A DNA stretch of 32,000 nt from an uncultured Desulfatiglans sp. (lineage in GTDB: Bacteria; Desulfobacterota; DSM-4660; Desulfatiglandales; Desulfatiglandaceae), in the NCBI GenBank assembly GCA_900498135.1, contig LR026961.1, positions 836,373 to 868,372 on the forward strand. Reading direction: 5' to 3'. The stretch's first letter is position 1; every line of letters starts with the position of its first letter. Below the pieces are notes generated by a model that was not told the DNA's origin, made no database searches, and saw only the letters and a program-made list of their open reading frames with translations. Both the position numbers and the translations under genes were made by a program. This document shows positions 16,782-25,471 of the stretch, piece by piece.

Positions 16782-16862
16782 AGCCTGCCTCGCCGTGGAA
16801 ACCTCCTTGATCCGGCGGAGCGGCGGATCCTTTTCGAACGATCCTTCAGCTGAGAGGAACCC

Positions 16863-18599
16863 TTGCTGAAACGCCCGAAATTGAACTCTCTCCAGAAGAA
16901 AATCGCCGTTTTTCTGCTTCTGCCGCTGACGATCGCATTGCTCGGCCTGGGGTTTTTCGGTTTCTTTTTCGCAAAGGAAGTCATGCTGAACGAGTGGCGG
17001 GAGGCGGCCATCCTCAAGCTGCAGCGGGCCGCCCACCACATCGACATGCGCCTCCAGGCCCCCATCGATTGGATGGAGATGTTTCACCGCACGGGAAGGC
17101 TCGAGGACAACGACGCTCAGCAATGGATCCTCGATGAGCTGCGGCAGATGCCGGGCGTCCTGAATGTTGCACTGACCTGGCTGGACCCCCGGCACATGTC
17201 CGTACCCGGCTTCACGGGCCACGGCGGCATGATGGACCGGCAGCCAGGAAGCGGCATGAGCATGAGGATGATGCGTTTCGAGCAGGCCAGGATAGCGGAC
17301 GTCAGCCCTCCCACTTACAATGCGCTGACCGGTGAACAATCCGTCACCCTCACCTCGCAGCTGAACGACGAGAGGGGAGAAACGCTGGGGATCTTGACGG
17401 TCGCCATCAGCTTCGAATACATCATGCAGGACATCCTCAATCTGAGCTGGTGGCAAAGCGACACAGCCTATCTCGTCGACCGGCACGGGCGCATCCTCTC
17501 ACAGACCGTCCGGGCGCCCCTGACGCGCAAGCGGCTGGGAGAAACGGGCGACCCGCTCGAACTGGAGCTGCTCCTCGATATACAGAAAAATTCTCACGGC
17601 ACCATCCTCGGCCCGGGGCACCCGCCGGAGATGGTTTGGGGATATTACCACATCGAGGAGGCCCCCTGGACCATCGTCCTGTTTGCATCGGGGAAAAGAG
17701 TGCTTGCCCCGATCCTCACCTTCAGGCTCTACTATGGCATAGCAGCCCTCCTTTCGATCCTCGTCCTCATCGGATTCATCCGCTTCATGGTCGGCCGTTC
17801 GGTCAAGAGCATCGCCGAACTCTCCCGGGCAGCCGAAGGGGTGGCCGTCGGCGATTACCGGACTCTGGACGAGGCCGGATCCGACGAGATCGGCCAACTC
17901 GTTCGGAGCTTCAACACCATGGTGGAGGGCCTCAAGGAGCGGGACCTCATCGTGGACACCTTCGGGCGTTACATGGATCCGGACATTGCCAGGCAGCTCA
18001 TGCAGCGTCCGGAATCCCTAAGGATGGGAGGAGAAAAGCGGGAGGTGGCCATCCTCATGTCCGACCTGAGGCATTTTACGCCCATCTGTGAAACGCGCCG
18101 CCCCGAGGAGATCATCCGCATCCTCAACCGGTATCTTTCGGCCGTCATCCCGATCATCCAGGAACATCACGGCATCATCGTCGATTTTTTCGGGGATGGC
18201 ATCCTCGCCTTTTTCGATCCGCTAGACGGGCCCGTCGAGCCCTCCGCGCGGCATGCCGCCGCCTGTGCGGTCGAGATGCAGGAGGCTATGACTGCTTTGA
18301 ACCGCGATGCTTCCCGCCTCGGACTGCCGGAACTCCACATGGGCATCGGCCTGCACGCCGGAGAGGTCGTCGTCGGAAACATCGGGTCCGAGGCCCGCGC
18401 CAAATACGGGATCGTCGGGGCGCCGGTGAATCTCACCCAAAGGATCCAGTCCGAGGCCCTCCCCGGGCAGGTGGTCTGCTCCGATGCGATCGGCCGGTAC
18501 ATTTTCGCGGATCACCGGCCCGTCACCATGGTCGCCGTAAAACTGAAGGGGGTCACCAATCCGGTCAACGTGAGCGTCATCCACCAAGCAACATCTTGA
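16863..18599 (+). CDS. Membrane sensor class III adenylate/guanylate cyclase (extracytoplasmic sensor domain, HAMP, cyclase)
   Basis: 578-aa ORF with a TTG start after GAGAGGA. Two TM helices flank a roughly 250-aa sensor region. HAMP-like segment (SIAELSRAAEGVAVGDYRTLDEAGSDEIGQLVRSFNTMVEGL). Class III cyclase domain (REVAILMSDLRHFTP ... FGDGILAFF ... GLHAGEVVVGNIGSEARAKYGIVGAPVNLTQRIQS). Confidence 0.85.
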   Translation: MLKRPKLNSLQKKIAVFLLLPLTIALLGLGFFGFFFAKEVMLNEWREAAILKLQRAAHHIDMRLQAPIDWMEMFHRTGRLEDNDAQQWILDELRQMPGVLNVALTWLDPRHMSVPGFTGHGGMMDRQPGSGMSMRMMRFEQARIADVSPPTYNALTGEQSVTLTSQLNDERGETLGILTVAISFEYIMQDILNLSWWQSDTAYLVDRHGRILSQTVRAPLTRKRLGETGDPLELELLLDIQKNSHGTILGPGHPPEMVWGYYHIEEAPWTIVLFASGKRVLAPILTFRLYYGIAALLSILVLIGFIRFMVGRSVKSIAELSRAAEGVAVGDYRTLDEAGSDEIGQLVRSFNTMVEGLKERDLIVDTFGRYMDPDIARQLMQRPESLRMGGEKREVAILMSDLRHFTPICETRRPEEIIRILNRYLSAVIPIIQEHHGIIVDFFGDGILAFFDPLDGPVEPSARHAAACAVEMQEAMTALNRDASRLGLPELHMGIGLHAGEVVVGNIGSEARAKYGIVGAPVNLTQRIQSEALPGQVVCSDAIGRYIFADHRPVTMVAVKLKGVTNPVNVSVIHQATS

Positions 18600-18676
18600 C
18601 ACGGGTCGCGCAAAACGCTACGCTCCCCTGGCATCTATTTCCATCCAAGGCAGGCACTGGGAACGAGGCGGACCGA

Positions 18677-21600
18677 ATGCGAAACCTCTTGAGCAAGTGG
18701 CTCAAAATCTATCCCGACGAGTTCGGTCTGTTCATCTGGTCAACCCTGCTTCTTTTTCTGATTAGAAGCGGCAACGTCCTCTTCGACAATTTCGGCGAAA
18801 CCGCCTTCCTGAAACGCTTCGGCGTCGAATACCTTCCTGTCGTCTACATGATCAATTCCATCGCCACCTTTGTCCTCATGGGCATCGTGACGGGGATTAT
18901 GGTCAAGCTGCCGGGGAGCCGCCTGCTCGCCTACATGCAGCTCTTCTGCGGGCTCAGCGTCGCAGCGCTCAGACTGGTCATCCCCCTGGGCTTCGATTAC
19001 ATCTACCCGGTCTTCTTCATCTTGAAGGCTCAGTACGAGGTCCTGCTGGGGCTGGTCTTCTGGAACCTCGCGAACGACCTCTTCAACACCCGTCAATCGA
19101 AGCGTCTCTTTCCGCTCATTACCGCGGGGGGAGTCCTCGGCGGCGTGATCGGCAGCTTCGCGACCCCTTCTCTGGCCAAGGCCATCACCATCGACAACCT
19201 TCTCTGGATCTATCTGGCCATATCGGTGCTGGGGGCCTTCATGGTGCAGCGGATGGGGGTGCGCTTCCCCTCCATCCTGTTCATCGACAGCCCCGACCAG
19301 GAAAAGGGGAAGAAAAAGAAAGGCCGCAGTTCGCTGATCGAGGAGTTCAAAAAGGTCGGTCCGATGATCAAGGAATCGAAGCTGGTCAAGATCCTCGTGG
19401 TCCTGACGCTGATGCCCAACGTCGTCATCCCGATCATCAACTACCAGTTCAACTTCGCAGCGGATCAGCAGTTCGCCACCGAAAGCGGGATGCTCCTATT
19501 CTTCGGATATTTTCGAGGGGCGATGAACGTGATCAGCCTCGTCATCCTGCTCTTCGTAGGCCGAATCTACGGCCGGTGGGGGCTGCCGGTGGCGCTCATG
19601 TTCCATCCCTTCAACTATATTCTTGCGTTCCTGGCCTTCCTCCTCCGCTTCGACATCCTATCCGCCATGTACGCGCGTATTTCCACGACCGTCATCCGCA
19701 ACACCATCAACAACCCCGGGCGCGCCGTCCTGGTCGGACTCGTGCACCCGGCCTACCGCGCCGTCATCCGGCCCTTTCTCAGGGGCACGATCGTCCGAAT
19801 CGGCACCCTGGCAGGCTCCGGCATCATCATGCTCTGCGAGGGGCTGATCCATCCCCGCTTTCTGTCGGTCATAGCCTGTGCCTTCGTAGGCGTTTGGCTG
19901 TTTGCGACCTTCGTCCTCAAGCGGGATTACCCCAAAATCCTTCTGGACCTCATTTCGCGCAACATGCTCGACCTGAAATCCATCGAAGGCAAAGAGCTGA
20001 ACCAGATCTTCACCGACCGGAAGGTCCGCACGGAACTGACCGAGGCCTGCGCCTCCAGCCGGAACGACGATTGCCTCTGGTATGCCAGGCTTTTGAAATC
20101 CCTGGACGTGAGCGGCCTCGACGACGTCATCCTCTCGGCCCTGCCCCAACAGGATGAAAAAACCCGCATCGCCCTCCTCGCCATGCTGTCGCCCGAAGCC
20201 GGCGAGAAGGCCATTCCCGTCCTCGAGTCTCTTTCCGTCGAGGCGGGCCCCGAGCTCATGGCGGCGATTCTCCAGGCATCGAACCGGCTGCCGGCCGGAC
20301 TCTCGAGGGATTTCAATCTCAAGATCATCGACGCGCGGCAGGATCCCCTCATCAAGGCATGGGCCGTCGCGGGGCTCTATCCACAGGCGCCCTCCGACTA
20401 CGCATCGATCGTGGAGGATTGGTTCGCATCCGACCATCTCGAAGGAAAGAAGGCCGCCGCCATCGCCGCCGGCGGCTCGGGAGACGGAGCCTATCTTCCC
20501 CGGCTCCAAAAGATGCTCGCCGAGGAAGACGACCCGGCCTTGCTGGTCCTGGTACTCGAGGCCATCAGGAAGCTCGCCCCGGCCGACATCAACGCGCTGG
20601 TGGAGCCCTTCCTCGGTCATCAGGATGAAAACGTAAGGATGGCCGCCCTCCGGGCCTACGTGATCGCAGACGATACCGCCTCCCGGAGGGCCATCCGCCT
20701 GCTCGACGATCCATCCGATCTCATCCATGAATACGCCGCTGAAAAACTTCAGGAGGCCCCCTATCAAAGCGTCGAACTTTTCCTGGAATCCCTGACAGCA
20801 CCCAGCCGCCGGGTGCGGGAGGGGCTCTTCCGGGTGCTCGAGACACTCAATATCAAGGACCTCGACGTCATTCGCTTCGCCCGCAGCCAACTTCAGGAAG
20901 CTTATACCTGTCTGGTCGTGAAGGACGCGCTGTTGCAGCAGCCCGAATCCGAGCAAGGGCGGATGCTCGCCGACCATCTGGAGCAGAAGAAGGACCTCCT
21001 CGTCGAAAACATCATCCGGCTCCTCGCCGCTCAGGACACATCTGGACAGATGCGTTTGATCTGGCGGGGAATCTCCTCAACGAACAAGACCCAGCGATCC
21101 AACAGCATCGAGGCCCTCGACAGCCGCATCGATGCCTCGCTGTCGAGAATCCTGATGCCCCTGCTGGAAGGCCTCTCGGTCTCAGAAGCCCTCGAGACCG
21201 GACGGAAAAACTACTCCCTGCCGCGCTTCAACCCATCGAACCCGTCGGATCTATACCGCTATCTGCTTAGTTCGGGCGATTGGGTCAACGTGCTCTTCAC
21301 ACTGAGCCTAGTCGCCGCTCGAGAGACCCCCATCGTGGAGAAAGAACGTATCCAGGAACTGACCGAAGCGGACAACCCGTTCGTGCAGCAGATGGCGCAT
21401 CATACGCTGCGCCGCCTGGAAGGCACCGGATCTGAAAGGAAGGATGACATGGAAGAGGAAATCACCATCCCTGATAAGGTGCTGCGTCTCAAGGGGATCC
21501 AGATCTTCGAAGGCCTTTCCGTCAACGAACTGGCTGCCATCGCCTCCGTCACAGAAGAAATCGTCGTCGAACCTGGCGAGATCGTCATCCGGGAAGGCGA

Positions 21601-21913
21601 ATCGGGCGACACCCTGTACCTCATCATCCAAGGATGCGTCGCGGTCCTCAAGGGATATGCCGAAAAAGAAGAAGGCAAAGAAGGGGTCGAACTCGCGCAA
21701 ATCAGCGATGGGGACTACTTTGGTGAAATGGCCCTTTTCGAGGACGCCCCACGCTCAGCCACCATTCGCACCCTGGACAAGAGCCGGCTGCTGGTCCTTC
21801 ACAAGCGTGAATTCACCGAGATCGTCCGGGAATACCCGCAGATCGCGCTGCACATCTGCAGGGCCCTGAGCCAGCGGATCAGGGAGCTGCACAGCAAGGT
21901 CAGGACAGAATAA
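18677..21913 (+). CDS. Multidomain membrane protein: TLC/ATP:ADP-antiporter-like (MFS-type) transporter domain, HEAT-like repeats, C-terminal cyclic-nucleotide-binding domain
   Basis: I chose the start at ATG 18677 (MRNLLSKWLKIYPDEF), 6 nt after GAGGCG. The track start at 18596 is a TTG overlapping the cyclase stop. The N-terminal ~450 aa are polytopic and resemble the TLC family. The middle ~450 aa are alpha-helical repeats (HEAT-like). The C-terminal CAP-type cNMP-binding domain (about 21482-21900) contains GDYFGEMALFEDAPRSATIRT. Confidence 0.8.
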   Translation: MRNLLSKWLKIYPDEFGLFIWSTLLLFLIRSGNVLFDNFGETAFLKRFGVEYLPVVYMINSIATFVLMGIVTGIMVKLPGSRLLAYMQLFCGLSVAALRLVIPLGFDYIYPVFFILKAQYEVLLGLVFWNLANDLFNTRQSKRLFPLITAGGVLGGVIGSFATPSLAKAITIDNLLWIYLAISVLGAFMVQRMGVRFPSILFIDSPDQEKGKKKKGRSSLIEEFKKVGPMIKESKLVKILVVLTLMPNVVIPIINYQFNFAADQQFATESGMLLFFGYFRGAMNVISLVILLFVGRIYGRWGLPVALMFHPFNYILAFLAFLLRFDILSAMYARISTTVIRNTINNPGRAVLVGLVHPAYRAVIRPFLRGTIVRIGTLAGSGIIMLCEGLIHPRFLSVIACAFVGVWLFATFVLKRDYPKILLDLISRNMLDLKSIEGKELNQIFTDRKVRTELTEACASSRNDDCLWYARLLKSLDVSGLDDVILSALPQQDEKTRIALLAMLSPEAGEKAIPVLESLSVEAGPELMAAILQASNRLPAGLSRDFNLKIIDARQDPLIKAWAVAGLYPQAPSDYASIVEDWFASDHLEGKKAAAIAAGGSGDGAYLPRLQKMLAEEDDPALLVLVLEAIRKLAPADINALVEPFLGHQDENVRMAALRAYVIADDTASRRAIRLLDDPSDLIHEYAAEKLQEAPYQSVELFLESLTAPSRRVREGLFRVLETLNIKDLDVIRFARSQLQEAYTCLVVKDALLQQPESEQGRMLADHLEQKKDLLVENIIRLLAAQDTSGQMRLIWRGISSTNKTQRSNSIEALDSRIDASLSRILMPLLEGLSVSEALETGRKNYSLPRFNPSNPSDLYRYLLSSGDWVNVLFTLSLVAARETPIVEKERIQELTEADNPFVQQMAHHTLRRLEGTGSERKDDMEEEITIPDKVLRLKGIQIFEGLSVNELAAIASVTEEIVVEPGEIVIREGESGDTLYLIIQGCVAVLKGYAEKEEGKEGVELAQISDGDYFGEMALFEDAPRSATIRTLDKSRLLVLHKREFTEIVREYPQIALHICRALSQRIRELHSKVRTE

Positions 21914-22040
21914 CCGCGGATCGGCAGGAGGTCTGTTCTGGAAAAGATCGGCACCCGTGGCCTCCTTAAAGGGCCATAGGAGGCACCGGGCAAACCACGG
22001 TCGACACCGTTCCTGACAGAATGCCGCAGGCATCGTCGCG

Positions 22041-23102
22041 TCATCGGGGATTGTTTTCCCAGACCGTCGTCGAATAGTCATAGCCGAGGGTGCAGGTGCG
22101 GCAGATATCCAGGTGGCCCTCGAAAAAGCGCTCCAGCATGGTGCGCCTGGCATTGGAGTTCCAGATCTCCCGCCAACCTCTCTCCCTGAGATTCCCGAAG
22201 GCGTATTCTCCATCGTAATCGATGCAGCAGGGCACCACCGCACCGTCCGAGAGCACGAATCCCTGAAACAGCAGGCGGCAGACGGCCGTCTCCCGGTAGG
22301 TCTTATACCCCTCCTGCCGCCGCGAGTACTTTCCCTGCCCGGCGGCCGCGAACCGGCCGAAGGCTCCGGACGTTTCATTCCGGCCCCCGAAGCTCTCGAA
22401 ACTGGGCTTCTTGAACTTGATCCGATCGACCCCGAGCCCCCGAATGAACCGCTTCAGGGCCGCCTCCTTCGCTTCGTTGTATGGGAACATGACCGTCTGC
22501 ACCTGGATGAGGGGGGTGGACCGCTTCTGCCGGTTCCTTTCGCGGCGCAGGGCCTCGATGCCTCTCAGGATCTTTTCGAGATCCGCCCCGCGGCGGTAGA
22601 TCCCCAGATCGTCCTGCGTCATCCCGTCAAGGGAGATCGAAATCTTGTCGAGGCCGCTGCGGACGACCGCCTCGGCCTTCTCCTCCAGGAGCATCCCGTT
22701 GGTGGCGAAATAGGTGTAAATCCCCCTGGTTTTCAGGCTTGCCACGATGTCGAAGACGGACCCGGACAAAAGCGGTTCCCCCATCAGATGGAGGCAGGCG
22801 TAATGCATGGCAGGGTTGTCCGCGGCGATCCCTTCCACCCATTCGAGCGGCATCTCGGTATATCCCCGCCGCAGGTGGTGGGTCGAGCAGAGTGGACAAT
22901 TCAGGTTGCACCGGCTGGTGCTCTCGATCTGGAAGATGGTAGGCCGAAAGGCCATAACCAGCCTCACTTTTTCTGGCAGTGGCAGTTCTTTGAAAACGGC
23001 CTCCGCCCGGCTGTACGCCTCGTCCTGCCGGGGCCCAGCCATCGCGGCCGCAAGCCGCCCCTCGTCAGGCTGCAGCGCCTGCTGCAAAGACCCCGATCTC
23101 AT
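22041..23102 (-). CDS. Radical SAM enzyme with C-terminal SPASM/twitch-like Cys-rich domain
   Basis: Cluster motif ESTSRCNLNCPLCS. The C-terminal auxiliary-cluster pattern is C-x16-CC (CRLLFQGFVLSDGAVVPCCIDYDG..FGNL...EIWNS) plus CRTC. The start is uncertain. ATG 23102 has an AGAGGA ribosome-binding site and overlaps the upstream gene by 38 nt. The track start is 23135, and other candidates are 23042 and 22955. Confidence 0.8.
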   Translation of the reverse strand: MRSGSLQQALQPDEGRLAAAMAGPRQDEAYSRAEAVFKELPLPEKVRLVMAFRPTIFQIESTSRCNLNCPLCSTHHLRRGYTEMPLEWVEGIAADNPAMHYACLHLMGEPLLSGSVFDIVASLKTRGIYTYFATNGMLLEEKAEAVVRSGLDKISISLDGMTQDDLGIYRRGADLEKILRGIEALRRERNRQKRSTPLIQVQTVMFPYNEAKEAALKRFIRGLGVDRIKFKKPSFESFGGRNETSGAFGRFAAAGQGKYSRRQEGYKTYRETAVCRLLFQGFVLSDGAVVPCCIDYDGEYAFGNLRERGWREIWNSNARRTMLERFFEGHLDICRTCTLGYDYSTTVWENNPR

Positions 23103-25374
23103 GCCCTGTCCTCTCGTTGATATAGGTGGCGGCAAGCCGCATGTCGTTTCGCGCCGTCAAACGGAGCGCAGGCTCATTGTCCATCCGGATCGTGACATAG
23201 ATCTTCCACCCGGGAGAACGGGCCACCAACCCCTTGAGCAGCCGGTCCCCAAGCCCCATGCCGCGGTATTCGGGCCGCACCGCCGTATACCCCCTTTCGA
23301 GATAGCCGTCGAGGTTCAGCCCCGTCTTTTCTTCGATCCGGCGCCGATACCTCTCCAAAGGCCGCTTGTGCGTCATGGTGGCCACCACCCGGTCCCCTTC
23401 GACGGCGTAGCCGATCAGCCAGGCCTTTTCCAGATTCTCCCGGATCCAGCTGAGCCCCACTTCGCCCCCCAGTTCGACCAGGCGGCAAATACCATCCAGG
23501 ATGTTTTCGGGAACATCCGCCGGACATTCGAAAAAAAGCTGAATCCGCGACCCTTTGTCATATCGAGCCAGATCACCCGGCGACACCTTCCAATTCAGGA
23601 CCGCATCGAGCCCATAACGCGAGACATAGAGCATCAGGTATTCCCGAATGCGCAGATAGTACCAGAAAGGGTGACCGTACAGATCCTTCAGGCGGTAAGT
23701 CTGCGCCTCTTCGAGAAAGGTCGTGAGGGCCGCCCCGTCCATACCCTCCCGGCAGACGAAGGGGTGATCGGAGCCGAAGGGACTCGGGCTTTCGCCGATT
23801 TCGGATATGGCATAGTCCTCCGGCCGTTGCATGATGCGGGAGTACTTGAGGAGCACGAAACGAAAGAAGATCGAAGAATGGATCCTGTCAATGTTTTCCT
23901 CGAGGAAACGCAGCGTCTCGTCGGCCTCCTCACGCGTCTCCCCCGGGAAGCCGAAAATGACCGTGGCGTGGTTCCATATCCCCGCCCTGGAGGCGTCGCC
24001 AAGCACCCTCAGGGTTTCCGGCAGCCGGGTTCCCTTGTTCATGAGCTTCAAAATGCGCGGGTGCCCCGTCTCGAGCCCCCACCGCACCAGCCGGACCCCG
24101 GCCCGGGCCAGGAGATCCAGCCGATCGGCCGTAAAAGCGCCGACCGGCTTGCACCAGAGGGAGATGTCGAAGCGTAGACCGCGATCGAGGATCCCGCGGG
24201 CGACCTCCGCCAGGTAGGGGGCCGTGAGACAGTCGTCATTGACAGTGAAGCAGGGGGTTCCGTGCCGGGAGTGCAGTTCGGCCAGATGGCCGACCGCCCG
24301 TTCCGGCGGTACGGTCATAAAGCGGCGGTTGTCGTAACGCGAGCAGAAGGCGCACTTCCCCCAGTAACACCCTTCCGAGAAACGGATCGGCAGGATGGGA
24401 ACAGGCGACAGGTAGCTTCGGAGGTCGAGATCCGTGAAATCGGGTGTGGGCAGCTCCGGCAAGGGCTCATGCCCGCAGATCGGGGTCTCGATCCATTTCC
24501 CCCGACGCGAAAAGCCTAAATTGGGGGCATCATCCCAAGGCCGGCCCGATAACAGGCGATCCAGGAGGAAGGCCAGAGGCCGTTCTCCATCCTGCAGCAC
24601 CACGCTGTGCGCAAATTCAGGGAGGTAGTCCGGCTCCTTCTCGAAGGCGTCCCGAAGGCGCAGGATATGGCGGCCTCCGAGTGTAACGTGGACGTCCGGG
24701 AAACGCCGTTTGAGAAATCTGGCCAGCGTCAGACCCCCGGGGGCCTGATAGGATGTGGATATGGATATCCCCACCAGGCGAGGGGCCTCCCGCGCCACCA
24801 GGTCAGGGATGGTCCGCTCGTAGAAATCCAGGAAAGGGTTGGCACGACGGTCATCGCAGAAGCGGATCATCCCCGCGTAATCCTCGATCCCGGGATGCTG
24901 GAAGGTATTGAAGGTGAAGGAGGTCGGAAACCATGAGAGCGACGCCATCCGCAAGAGCCGGTAGAGATTGGTCTGAGCCCGGATGCAGCGCTCGGGGTCG
25001 AAAAACCCCGCCTCCTGCCTAAGATCCTCTATAAACCGGCGCACCTGAGCGGCGCGGTCCGTCCACACATCACGACGATCCCGAATATCCCGGAACAGGG
25101 CCTGCTGCGGGCCGGACATGCCTTCCGCCGGTCTTTCCAAGATCTGCGCCAGCATAGCGTCCAACCGCTCCGGCATCAGCAGGTACTCCAGAAAAAAATC
25201 GAGGCTGACATCGGTATGCCGCACGCCAAATCCGGCCTTACGCAAATAGGCCGTCAGGGCGGGGAGGGCCAGGAAAGGGGTCACAGGCGTCCAAACAGGT
25301 GGAAACATCAGGAGGATGTCGCAAACGCTTTTGATTTGCTTCAGATCACGCATTCTTTTAGAATAGCGAGCCAT
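23065..25374 (-). CDS. Cobalamin(B12)-binding-domain radical SAM enzyme fused to a C-terminal GNAT N-acetyltransferase domain
   Basis: 769-aa ORF. The N-terminus (ILLMFPPVWTPVTPFLALPALTAYLRKAGFGVRHTDVSLDFF) is typical of class B radical SAM enzymes. The radical SAM motif is GCYWGKCAFCS. The last ~150 aa are GNAT-like with motif A RPEYRGMGLGDRLLKGL. Confidence 0.8.
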   Translation of the reverse strand: MARYSKRMRDLKQIKSVCDILLMFPPVWTPVTPFLALPALTAYLRKAGFGVRHTDVSLDFFLEYLLMPERLDAMLAQILERPAEGMSGPQQALFRDIRDRRDVWTDRAAQVRRFIEDLRQEAGFFDPERCIRAQTNLYRLLRMASLSWFPTSFTFNTFQHPGIEDYAGMIRFCDDRRANPFLDFYERTIPDLVAREAPRLVGISISTSYQAPGGLTLARFLKRRFPDVHVTLGGRHILRLRDAFEKEPDYLPEFAHSVVLQDGERPLAFLLDRLLSGRPWDDAPNLGFSRRGKWIETPICGHEPLPELPTPDFTDLDLRSYLSPVPILPIRFSEGCYWGKCAFCSRYDNRRFMTVPPERAVGHLAELHSRHGTPCFTVNDDCLTAPYLAEVARGILDRGLRFDISLWCKPVGAFTADRLDLLARAGVRLVRWGLETGHPRILKLMNKGTRLPETLRVLGDASRAGIWNHATVIFGFPGETREEADETLRFLEENIDRIHSSIFFRFVLLKYSRIMQRPEDYAISEIGESPSPFGSDHPFVCREGMDGAALTTFLEEAQTYRLKDLYGHPFWYYLRIREYLMLYVSRYGLDAVLNWKVSPGDLARYDKGSRIQLFFECPADVPENILDGICRLVELGGEVGLSWIRENLEKAWLIGYAVEGDRVVATMTHKRPLERYRRRIEEKTGLNLDGYLERGYTAVRPEYRGMGLGDRLLKGLVARSPGWKIYVTIRMDNEPALRLTARNDMRLAATYINERTGHEIGVFAAGAAA

Positions 25375-25471
25375 CGCATTTAATCAAGGCTTTTTTGGGT
25401 GCATCCGAAGACGGCGATCCCTGCCCACGGCTCTTTGGGCCGCCTCGATCGACGATGGCCAAAAGGGGCGT

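Noticed and set aside
16796-16810. A sigma54 -24/-12-like element, TGGAAA-N5-TTGA, upstream of the cyclase gene.
   Set aside because: It is not reported as a feature. Only about 8 of 12 consensus positions match, the -12 element is TTGA rather than TTGC, and the same bases form part of a weak hairpin/T-tract. It is kept only as a testable idea in the cascade finding.
21985-22035. A c-di-GMP-I (GEMM)-riboswitch-like string: GGGCAAACC, a short hairpin (acggt cgac accgt), then tGACaGAAtGCC, resembling GGACGCAAAGCC.
   Set aside because: The hairpin loop is not a GNRA tetraloop and the second helix and receptor are not evident. The element also lies between the 3' ends of two convergent genes, so no downstream plus-strand gene could be regulated. 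Only a covariance-model scan could rescue it.
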